Shown here piece by piece: positions 52,902-59,737 of a stretch of DNA of 59,737 bases. A program made the translations under genes and the position numbers. How positions within the stretch are numbered: the stretch's first letter is position 1; each line of letters opens with the position of its first letter. Below the pieces are notes generated by a model that was given only the letters and a program-made list of their open reading frames with translations, searched no databases and was not told the DNA's origin. The stretch comes from an uncultured Alistipes sp. (GTDB lineage: Bacteria; Bacteroidota; Bacteroidia; Bacteroidales; Muribaculaceae), in NCBI GenBank assembly GCA_964514745.1, contig CAZEST010000002.1, positions 1 through 59,737 of the forward strand, in the 5' to 3' direction.

Positions 52902-53036
52902 TGTCTAAAACTGTTAATATATACTCTTGCGAGTGTATAGTATAGATTTGCGAGATTATTTGTAGTCTAATATTATAAATTATTTATAATGAGCCAATTA
53001 TAAATATTGTTGCGAGATTAATATTGGTATATAATA

Positions 53037-53067
53037 TTTGAATTCGTTGTAAATCTGTATAAATTTG
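53037..53067 (+). promoter_or_regulatory. Promoter (-33 TTTG / -7 TAAATTTG) for the 53096-56075 genes
   Basis: TTTG at 53037-53040, 19-nt spacer, TAAATTTG at 53060-53067. Confidence 0.6.
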
Positions 53068-53095
53068 TATTGCAAATCTATAATCAGTATCATCA

Positions 53096-53452
53096 ATGAA
53101 GTCAAAGGTTATCTCTTTCATTTGTATTTTTTTATTCTTTGCTATGCCATTAATAGCAGAAGATTCTTCGAGTGCGCAACCGACCGTTATTCCCTTAAGT
53201 ATAAAAACGGGCAACAAGAAACGTGTACCTCCTATGGATAGTTCATTCTTAGTATATCAAAACGGAGAAGTTTCTTTGCATACATCAATTTCGTATGATG
53301 TTGCTATTCTGGACGTATATGATTGTAATGGTAATATTATGTATTCCGTAATATTAACAGCCGAGTACAATCAGGAGAAAGCTGATTTAGAAGATGGATC
53401 TATGATTGTATGCACACTGGACAATGATGTTGTGCTGTGTGGACAGTGGTAA
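53096..53452 (+). CDS. Small secreted protein, DUF3244-like
   Basis: Signal peptide, basic K-K-R-V-P segment, beta-rich body (LDVYDCNGNIMYS), terminal G-x-aromatic (CGQW). Confidence 0.6.
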   Translation: MKSKVISFICIFLFFAMPLIAEDSSSAQPTVIPLSIKTGNKKRVPPMDSSFLVYQNGEVSLHTSISYDVAILDVYDCNGNIMYSVILTAEYNQEKADLEDGSMIVCTLDNDVVLCGQW

Positions 53453-53551
53453 ATGATACATCCTGGAACTGTGTAAAGTTCCAATACTATAAGATTCTCT
53501 CAAGAATATTTGTAGCATAAATTATCTAAACTAACTAATATAGAACAAAAC

Positions 53552-54889
53552 ATGAAACGAATCAATTCCGTTATTGTTGCATTTGTTTGGTTCTGCAGTA
53601 TTATGTTGGTAGGGTGTCAAAATGAGGACACTCCTATGCCAACAGTAGAGCCGGAGGATGGCTCAATTAGCCATCTGCTTTCTAACCGTACTCCACAGGA
53701 AGCTATCGACATCGCTACAGAGGCGTATGCAGCTATGTTCAACGGCGACGAGTCGGAACTCAAGTCACGAGCTGGCAGCGGACTCTTAGTGCCTACTGTG
53801 TCTGTGATCTCATCAAAACATGCAGCTAGAAGTCTTGCAACTCAAAACGACACTTGCCTGTATGTGGTGAATTTTCCTGAGGAAAGTGGGTTTGCAATCA
53901 TTGCTGCTAATCGATCAGTTGATGCAGTATTGGGCGTTTCTGATTCCGGTAATTATTATCTGGATGCAGAAAATGATAATCCGGGGTTAGACCAATTTGT
54001 AGAACAAGCAATCAGTTATGTGGCAACTGAATCAGGGTCATTGGTAAAGGATACAGCCATTTGGATTGGCAATGATGATAAGCTTACGGTTAAAGAATAT
54101 GATGATACTACCGTATATACCGATATAAAACCTCGTGTTAAAAATGCATGGGATCCCGGTGATGGTAGTTCTACTTCTTCTTACGTTAATCCCACCGGAG
54201 CTAAATTTTCAAATAAATATTGCGGTGATGGAGTGATTGCTATTGCGCATATTATGTTGTACTTCCAATATCCGGACACCATTAAGGGGTCTCATGATTT
54301 AGAAACCAATAATGGTACTGCTGCGATTCCTGTAGATTGGAAAAGTCTAAAATCGCATGCTAAAATTGTGAATTACAATGATAACTTTGTGTTAGAAGGG
54401 TTGTGTGGTGCCACTAGTCATGCTCACATTGCAAATGTATGTCGAGCAATAGGTAATTTTGCGAGTGCAACGGAATATACAATGGATCCTACCCCATTTA
54501 CAACAATAGACATGGATGGTTTCTCGAACGCAATCGTCTCGTTGGGCATGCGCGTTCAGGAATGGCAAAGTATGAACATAAATGTGACTTTGTCAGAGAC
54601 TCCCAGTATTATTGCGATGTATGGATTAGCCAATGATGATAGTGGAAGGCCTGCTTATTTTATCATTGATGGTGAGAAAGATTATAAGATTGAGCATCAC
54701 TATCAGACAAGTAACATAACAACTTTCACAGATGTAATTACAAGCACTAAGACCTACAATTTATATCATATTAATTGGGGCCATGGTGGATACGGAAATG
54801 GATGGTATACCAAGGGTGTGTATTCCCCAAGAAACATGTCCAATACAACGTATATAATGAACAATTATACAACGATAACTCGAAAATAA
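53552..54889 (+). CDS. C10 peptidase (streptopain-like) homologue with Spi/I69 prodomain; lipoprotein; catalytic residues apparently lost
   Basis: Lipobox LVGC; prodomain DTCLYVVNFPEESGFAIIAANR..VLGVSDSGN; AIAHIMLYFQYP; FIIDG; YHINWGHGGYGNGWY. Confidence 0.8.
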   Translation: MKRINSVIVAFVWFCSIMLVGCQNEDTPMPTVEPEDGSISHLLSNRTPQEAIDIATEAYAAMFNGDESELKSRAGSGLLVPTVSVISSKHAARSLATQNDTCLYVVNFPEESGFAIIAANRSVDAVLGVSDSGNYYLDAENDNPGLDQFVEQAISYVATESGSLVKDTAIWIGNDDKLTVKEYDDTTVYTDIKPRVKNAWDPGDGSSTSSYVNPTGAKFSNKYCGDGVIAIAHIMLYFQYPDTIKGSHDLETNNGTAAIPVDWKSLKSHAKIVNYNDNFVLEGLCGATSHAHIANVCRAIGNFASATEYTMDPTPFTTIDMDGFSNAIVSLGMRVQEWQSMNINVTLSETPSIIAMYGLANDDSGRPAYFIIDGEKDYKIEHHYQTSNITTFTDVITSTKTYNLYHINWGHGGYGNGWYTKGVYSPRNMSNTTYIMNNYTTITRK

Positions 54890-54902
54890 TTCAGAAACAA
54901 CT

Positions 54903-56075
54903 ATGCAAACGAAATTCAAACACGGGCTTTTGCAAGTAGGATTGCTTGTAATGGCTTTAGGAATGCTATGTGCATGCTCCGATGACGAGAAAAATTATCT
55001 CGCTGACGTTTACTTTACCAAGACACAAAGCATGGTGACCGTTGTTGCTTCCACAGGCACGCCTGCTCCGCTCAACGGTTCCTCTGCAATGGATGTCTGC
55101 TTCGATGCTGCTGCCGACTGGACGATCTCAGCGATCGACAGCGAAACAGACTTGCCTGCTGATTGGGTGCGCTTCTATACCACTTCGGGCAAGGCCGGTA
55201 GCCAGCTTGTTGGCATCTATCCTACGGCCAATACCACCGGTAAAGACCGTTTTGCTACAATTCAGATTGCTTGCAATGGTAGCACGATTTCATGCTTGGT
55301 ACTTCAACCGACTACTACAATTATTGAGAACCCTAATCTGGCAAATATAAATGCCAATAAAACAATAAAAAAGGCTGTTTTCACACCGTATGATGTCAAT
55401 GACTGCCGCGAAACCTATGATTTTACGTACACATCGGGCGTTGTTTCCTCTATTACGGAGGACGAATACGATCCCGTTTCAGACAAGCATAATGCGCATA
55501 CGTATACGTTTGAATGTGAGGGACGAATCGGTGATAGTAAAATGCTTTCAGTTAACAATATAACGAGTGATTCAAGAGCCTATGCCGTTGCTAACGGGAT
55601 GATTGTTAGAGCCTACTATCCGGCAAACAATTATGCTAATGAAGGCGCATATGAGGATAAAGTGAGCTACTCCGGCGGGTACATGACAGAGATTGATAAA
55701 CGTTTTGACTTATCTATGAAATACACCTGGGCGGACGATAACTTATCCATAGCAGCGTATGCCACGGATGCTTCCAGTAGCGGCAAAATGACGTATGGCT
55801 CGGAACTTAATGATTGCAACCTGGATATTAACTGGCTGATTGCTAAAGGTGTGATGTATGGATTTGACAATAACTGGCTTCACGTTATGAATTTAACGGG
55901 CAAGCGTTGTCGCAACCTTGTATCATCGTTCCATGCCTTTGATAATCCCAATAAATTAGTAACCTATAGTGATGGCGTAGTTGATGCAGACGGCACTACT
56001 CACAAGGGCCTTACCGCAACAATTATGATGGAGGGCCATGAACAATATGGCATCTGGCAATTCTATTTTGAGTAA
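54903..56075 (+). CDS. BACON-domain lipoprotein with a DUF4595-like C-terminal domain
   Basis: Lipobox LCAC-SDDE; BACON pattern FDAAADWT..WV..SGKAG..ANTTGKDR.ATI.I; C-terminal YTWADDNL..NLDINW..GKR..NL. Confidence 0.7.
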   Translation: MQTKFKHGLLQVGLLVMALGMLCACSDDEKNYLADVYFTKTQSMVTVVASTGTPAPLNGSSAMDVCFDAAADWTISAIDSETDLPADWVRFYTTSGKAGSQLVGIYPTANTTGKDRFATIQIACNGSTISCLVLQPTTTIIENPNLANINANKTIKKAVFTPYDVNDCRETYDFTYTSGVVSSITEDEYDPVSDKHNAHTYTFECEGRIGDSKMLSVNNITSDSRAYAVANGMIVRAYYPANNYANEGAYEDKVSYSGGYMTEIDKRFDLSMKYTWADDNLSIAAYATDASSSGKMTYGSELNDCNLDINWLIAKGVMYGFDNNWLHVMNLTGKRCRNLVSSFHAFDNPNKLVTYSDGVVDADGTTHKGLTATIMMEGHEQYGIWQFYFE

Positions 56076-56088
56076 TACGCAGATCCCC

Positions 56089-56136
56089 ATCCGGTATTCT
56101 CTTGCGCCATAATCGGCGGCCTTCGGGCGCCGTCGC
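56089..56136 (+). repeat. 48-bp direct repeat, right copy
   Basis: Identical to 51003-51050; starts 13 nt after the BACON gene stop. Confidence 0.97.
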
Positions 56137-56153
56137 CTAACGCCTTCCCCACA

Positions 56154-56219
56154 CCCCCAGCGGCGAATGTTCGGTCGGAGCTCCCTTCCGGGGCTCCGAC
56201 CTTCATTCTTCGCTGGGGG
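56154..56219. repeat. Long GC-rich imperfect palindrome (REP-like)
   Basis: CCCCCAGCG/CGCTGGGGG, GAATG/CATTC and GGTCGGAGC/GCTCCGACC nested arms. Confidence 0.75.
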
Positions 56220-56361
56220 CTAAACCAAAATCCTCGTCCTGGCGGACGAAATCAGGCCTGACACTGACTTTCTATGGGCTTATCTTCTATGGGCTTATTT
56301 ATCAGAGGCCGGCCATAATCTGCGTAATGGGATATTCTGTCAATGACATTCAACAGCGAAA

Positions 56362-56388
56362 AATCTGCGGAATCTGCGGAATCTGTGA
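56362..56388. repeat. 9-bp tandem repeat AATCTGCGG x3 (last copy degenerate)
   Basis: AATCTGCGG AATCTGCGG AATCTGTGA; extra AATCTGC copies near 56317 and 56412. Confidence 0.8.
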
Positions 56389-56511
56389 GATATTATTGTC
56401 ACCCCGGATGGAATCTGCAAAGCATTCGTTGCCATGACTTCGTCCGCAGGGCAATGATTCATTAATAGAAAGATAATTTGCGTGAATTAGCGGATTCTCA
56501 CGAAAAAGCAT

Positions 56512-56519
56512 TACTTTTG
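56512..56519 (+). promoter_or_regulatory. -7 promoter box for pnuC
   Basis: TACTTTTG about 75 nt upstream of the CDS. Confidence 0.55.
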
Positions 56520-56590
56520 CAATCTATCGTCGCAGTATTGGTTAGGATTGTCAAAACCGATCCATTCGTGATAGTTGATAAATAGAAAAA

Positions 56591-57217
56591 GTGATTGCCA
56601 AGATGATATTACAATTTTTGATGGAGCATTGGCGCGAGGCGTTGGGCTTCGTGATTGGGATGGCTTACCTCTGGTGGGAGTATCAGGCCGATTCTAAGGT
56701 TTGGATTGCATCGGTCATTATGCCGATGATTTCTATGTGGATTTACTTCTCCAAAGGGCTGTATGCCGACTTTGGTATCAATATCTATTACCTCGTAATT
56801 GCCGTTTACGGCTACATTTGCTGGACACGTGGCACGAGTAGCAAAAAGAAGGAATCGCGTCGCATATCTCATATGCCGATTGGTATCGTTGCCGGGTGTG
56901 CTGCCGCAACGTTGGTGCTGTGGTATGGTATTTGGATGATCCTTACTAATTTTACAAACTCTACGGTACCGGTTACGGATGCATTTACTACGGCCTTGTC
57001 GATTGTTGCCCTGTGGATGATGGCGCGCAAGTATGCCGAGCAATGGCTGGCCTGGCTGGTGGTTGACTTGATTTCGGCCGGATTGTATTTCTATAAGGGG
57101 ATTCCGTTTTATGGGGTGCTCTATACGATTTATACCGTTATCGCCTGGTTTGGCTATCGCAAGTGGTTGCGCCTGATGGCTAAAGACCGAGCAGATTGCG
57201 AAGTATCCACCATATAA
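56591..57217 (+). CDS. pnuC: PnuC-family vitamin transporter, probably thiamine PnuT
   Basis: GLYADFGINIYY..YGY..W, DAFTTALSIVALWMMARKYAEQWLAW..VD; near the TPP-controlled TBDR. Confidence 0.9.
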   Translation: MIAKMILQFLMEHWREALGFVIGMAYLWWEYQADSKVWIASVIMPMISMWIYFSKGLYADFGINIYYLVIAVYGYICWTRGTSSKKKESRRISHMPIGIVAGCAAATLVLWYGIWMILTNFTNSTVPVTDAFTTALSIVALWMMARKYAEQWLAWLVVDLISAGLYFYKGIPFYGVLYTIYTVIAWFGYRKWLRLMAKDRADCEVSTI

Positions 57218-57539
57218 AGAACATTACCAGGTAGATCCAGGCTAACGTTTCGCCTTGAACTATCTGTTTCAGTCGGCTCAGTTGGGGAATCCAGCCGGTA
57301 ACGATTACAGCCAGCAGATAGGGGAGGGCTATGAGAAAAAAGTAGTTATATGACAATGCTTCGAGCGGATGGCCGTGAAGCATGGCGTAAATAGCACGGC
57401 TGGCACCGCATCCGGGACATTGGTAGCCACTGATAATCTTGAAGATGCACTTTGGCGCCCAGGCGCACCCTACCGGATTTACCAGACTGAAGAATATTAC
57501 TACACAAACAACCGCAATGCTTACTATGACAGTAAGCAT
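57180..57539 (-). CDS. DUF2752 domain membrane protein
   Basis: PKCIFKIISGYQCPGCGASRA..LHG..EA..YN and WILRNL; start taken at MLTVIV. Confidence 0.85.
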   Translation of the reverse strand: MLTVIVSIAVVCVVIFFSLVNPVGCAWAPKCIFKIISGYQCPGCGASRAIYAMLHGHPLEALSYNYFFLIALPYLLAVIVTGWIPQLSRLKQIVQGETLAWIYLVMFFIWWILRNLLGL

Positions 57540-57589
57540 TGACGGTCGGAATTTATTTGTTGCTAAGATATTCGTAGAGTTTCTGTCAA

Positions 57590-58156
57590 TTATATACCTG
57601 CTACTACCAGGCAAAAGCCATAGATGATGCCGAAGACAACGCTGACAACGGCGCCGATGATGCTCCATGTACGTGCATCCTTAGCGGCTTTGTAGGCAGC
57701 TTCGTATTGGCCCATATTCCAAAGGTTATTTACCTTTGATGCGCAGATTATAGCGTAGATACCGGTAGGTAAGCAGCAAAGGACGGTTGACAGAATTGCC
57801 CATACCATATTGTTATCGGGAGGCATACTTCCGGGGGTGTAGGGCTGCTGTCCGTAGGGCTGCTGACCATAAGGCTGTTGCTGTTGACCATAAGGCTGCT
57901 GCTGTTGGCCGTAAGGCTGCTGTTGTTGACCGTAAGGTTGCTGTTGTTGCTGGCCGACAGGCTGTTGCTGCGGGACTTGAGGCGCAGCGGAAGATACATA
58001 TCCAACGAGGTCGGGGATATCGCCCAGCCTGGTCCAGCTTTGGTCCCCAACGCGACAAACGAGGGTATCAGCCGTTAATCCATTTGCTTGGAATTCCGTA
58101 GGTAGAATAGGACCGCAAGCTTGGTTGCCTGCGCCAACATAGTAGTATTTTTCCAT
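57590..58156 (-). CDS. GYF_2 (DUF4339) + CD225/dispanin family protein
   Basis: YYY..GNQ.GP...LTADTLV..W..LGDIPDL (GYF_2), Q/P linker, NMVWAILSTVLCCLPTGIYAII.ASKV..W..GQY..A..AA..ARTW (CD225). Confidence 0.88.
   Translation of the reverse strand: MEKYYYVGAGNQACGPILPTEFQANGLTADTLVCRVGDQSWTRLGDIPDLVGYVSSAAPQVPQQQPVGQQQQQPYGQQQQPYGQQQQPYGQQQQPYGQQPYGQQPYTPGSMPPDNNMVWAILSTVLCCLPTGIYAIICASKVNNLWNMGQYEAAYKAAKDARTWSIIGAVVSVVFGIIYGFCLVVAGI
57839..57970 (-). repeat. Coding repeat encoding PYGQQQQ-type units
   Basis: QQQPVGQQQQQPYGQQQQPYGQQQQPYGQQQQPYGQQPYGQQPY. Confidence 0.9.
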
Positions 58157-58313
58157 CCTTGAAATAAATATAGATTTTAGTAACTGCAAATTTATTGTAA
58201 ATATTTTGATTTCACAAACTTTTTTTTAATTTTGCGCAATAAATAGGTTTGTTATTGCTTTTACTGCAGTAGCAGCCTAGGATCATCACATATTACATAA
58301 TCTTTATACCATA

Positions 58314-59737
58314 ATGAATAAAAACTATCTTGGGCGTTTTGGCTTATCGGTCTGCGCGTTTTTTATCGGTTGCTCTATGATGGGAGCGGAATCCGATACT
58401 GTGTTTTCAGTTGATAACCTAAAGTATAGGGTGGTTAGCGACGCTGTTGTTGATGTTGTTGGCTACGATGTCGCGCCTTCCGGAGAGCTGATTGTTCCCG
58501 AATCGGTTAGTTACGATGGTTGTCAGTATCAGGTAAGAATGGTTGGCGAAGAAGCATTTGCCGATTGCGACCAAATTACTTCTGCAAAAATCTCTGCTAC
58601 GGAGATTGACAACGGCGCGTTTGTGCGTTGCTATTCGTTGACGACTTTGGAGCTTAACACAGATATGACGCGCATTGGCGACAACGCGTTTGAGGCTTGC
58701 CGTTCGCTTACGGATTTCATCTATCCCGGTTGCATCGAGGAGATAGGCGCCAATGCGTTCGCGCAGTGTATGAGTCTTACTACCGCTTACCTGCCCAGCA
58801 GTATGCAGACTCTCGGCAGCGGTGCTTACTCTTTCTGCCAATCGCTGAAGGAAGTGCTGTTTAACCATGGCGTTAAAGCCGTGCCGGAGGAGGCTTTCTG
58901 TGGATGTCCGTTGCTTACAGATATTGATTTTGGCGATGTGCAGACGATTGGCACGCGTGCGTTTGCCGAGTGTGAGAGCTTGGCATCAGTTGTAATCGGC
59001 GATGCGGTAACCGCGATCGGCGATGAGGCGTTCAATGATTGCTCCGGCTTGAAGACTTTGGTGCTGGGATCGGCAGTAGAATCAATCGGCGATGAAGCTT
59101 TTGCATCATCGCGCTCCTTGAGTTCCATCGAATCGCGCAATACAACGCCTCCGGAGGTTGGTTACCGTGCATTCCGTCGCGTCGACAAGGAAACCTGTTG
59201 CGTCTACGTACCGGCCGAGGCTATGGAAGTCTATCAGGGTTGGGGCGACTTCGAAAAGATTTTGCCTATCGGAGGCAGCGCCGGACTGGAAGTCGGTGAT
59301 GTGTTTACGGTATATGATGGGTATACGTATCGCGTTACTGATGTTGATAAGAGTGTGACCATCACCAATTTTGATGATATGATCGATGGCTGGGAAGAAT
59401 TTGATTGGACGCTGGATATTCCTTCGGAAGTAACGTATAACGGAGTGACGTTTACCGTGACGAGCATTGGCTATCGAGCCATTACTCAGCAGTGTCATTA
59501 CGATGTGTTTAATATACCCTCAACCGTAAAGACTATCGAGGCATACGCTTTTTCGAATAATCGCTTTACAACCCACATCAATCTGCCTGAAGGACTGGAG
59601 TATATCGGAGTTTCTGCCTTTGAGGGGTGCGAAACTTTGGCTGAGATAACCATTCCGTCAACTGTCAGCGAAATTGGCGACGGGGCGTTCATGCTCTGTC
59701 AGAGTCTGAAAGAGGTTGTTGTGCCCGACAACGTTAC
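58314..59737 (+). CDS. BspA-type leucine-rich repeat (LRR_5) surface protein, truncated by the window end (absent from the ORF track)
   Basis: Hand translation from ATG 58314: MNKNYLGRFGLSVCAFF...LIVPESVSYDG..VRMVGEEAFADC..IGDNAFEACRSL..; still in the same frame at the end (LPEGLEYIGVSAFEGCETLAEITIPSTVSEIGDGAF); TAATTTTG upstream. Confidence 0.9.
   Translation, partial: MNKNYLGRFGLSVCAFFIGCSMMGAESDTVFSVDNLKYRVVSDAVVDVVGYDVAPSGELIVPESVSYDGCQYQVRMVGEEAFADCDQITSAKISATEIDNGAFVRCYSLTTLELNTDMTRIGDNAFEACRSLTDFIYPGCIEEIGANAFAQCMSLTTAYLPSSMQTLGSGAYSFCQSLKEVLFNHGVKAVPEEAFCGCPLLTDIDFGDVQTIGTRAFAECESLASVVIGDAVTAIGDEAFNDCSGLKTLVLGSAVESIGDEAFASSRSLSSIESRNTTPPEVGYRAFRRVDKETCCVYVPAEAMEVYQGWGDFEKILPIGGSAGLEVGDVFTVYDGYTYRVTDVDKSVTITNFDDMIDGWEEFDWTLDIPSEVTYNGVTFTVTSIGYRAITQQCHYDVFNIPSTVKTIEAYAFSNNRFTTHINLPEGLEYIGVSAFEGCETLAEITIPSTVSEIGDGAFMLCQSLKEVVVPDNV

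Larger units (their letters stand above)
51003..56136. mobile_element. Putative acquired cassette (~5.1 kb) bounded by 48-bp direct repeats; no integrase or transposase inside
   Basis: Exact terminal direct repeats, visibly AT-rich interior (especially 51.05-53.5 kb), four co-oriented accessory genes. Confidence 0.65.

Noticed and set aside
51003..56136. 48-bp repeat as a CRISPR repeat or tRNA-derived att site
   Set aside because: Only two copies 5 kb apart, no spacers or cas genes, and no cloverleaf, T-loop or CCA features
56520..56590. Possible riboswitch in the pnuC leader (CTATCG/TGATAG and TGGTT/AACCG pairings)
   Set aside because: Pairings are short and I see no match to TPP, NAD+-II or other aptamer cores
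58419..59692. Several short minus-strand ORFs at the window end
   Set aside because: Shadows of the plus-strand BspA-type CDS

Overview
This is a Bacteroidales chromosomal window. TAnnTTTG -7 promoter boxes precede most operons and porQ is present; a Muribaculaceae-like gut organism is inferred, not shown. Most of it is housekeeping genes: lptF, ribBA, lepA, rlmH, nadC, tcdA, ispH, cmk, porQ, purF, GSIII, dapL, dapF, dcp, rhomboids, tgt, lptG, pyrB, glyA, plsC, recQ and cls. Three accessory modules stand out. (1) An oxalate-degradation operon, frc-oxc-AEC transporter, with an unexpected secreted LRR gene attached. (2) A four-gene cluster of steroid 5-alpha-reductase, flavin reductase and two SDRs, resembling the isoallo-bile-acid clusters of Bacteroidales. 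(3) A ~5 kb AT-rich cassette bounded by an exact 48-bp direct repeat with no integrase, lying between a TPP-riboswitch-controlled TonB receptor and a PnuC/PnuT transporter. The cassette encodes a transmembrane TPR-HTH regulator, a small secreted DUF3244-like protein, a C10-peptidase homologue lacking its catalytic residues, and a BACON lipoprotein; it is the best candidate for an undescribed system. No rRNA, tRNA, CRISPR array or transposase was seen. All product calls rest on motif recognition only, and no searches were run.
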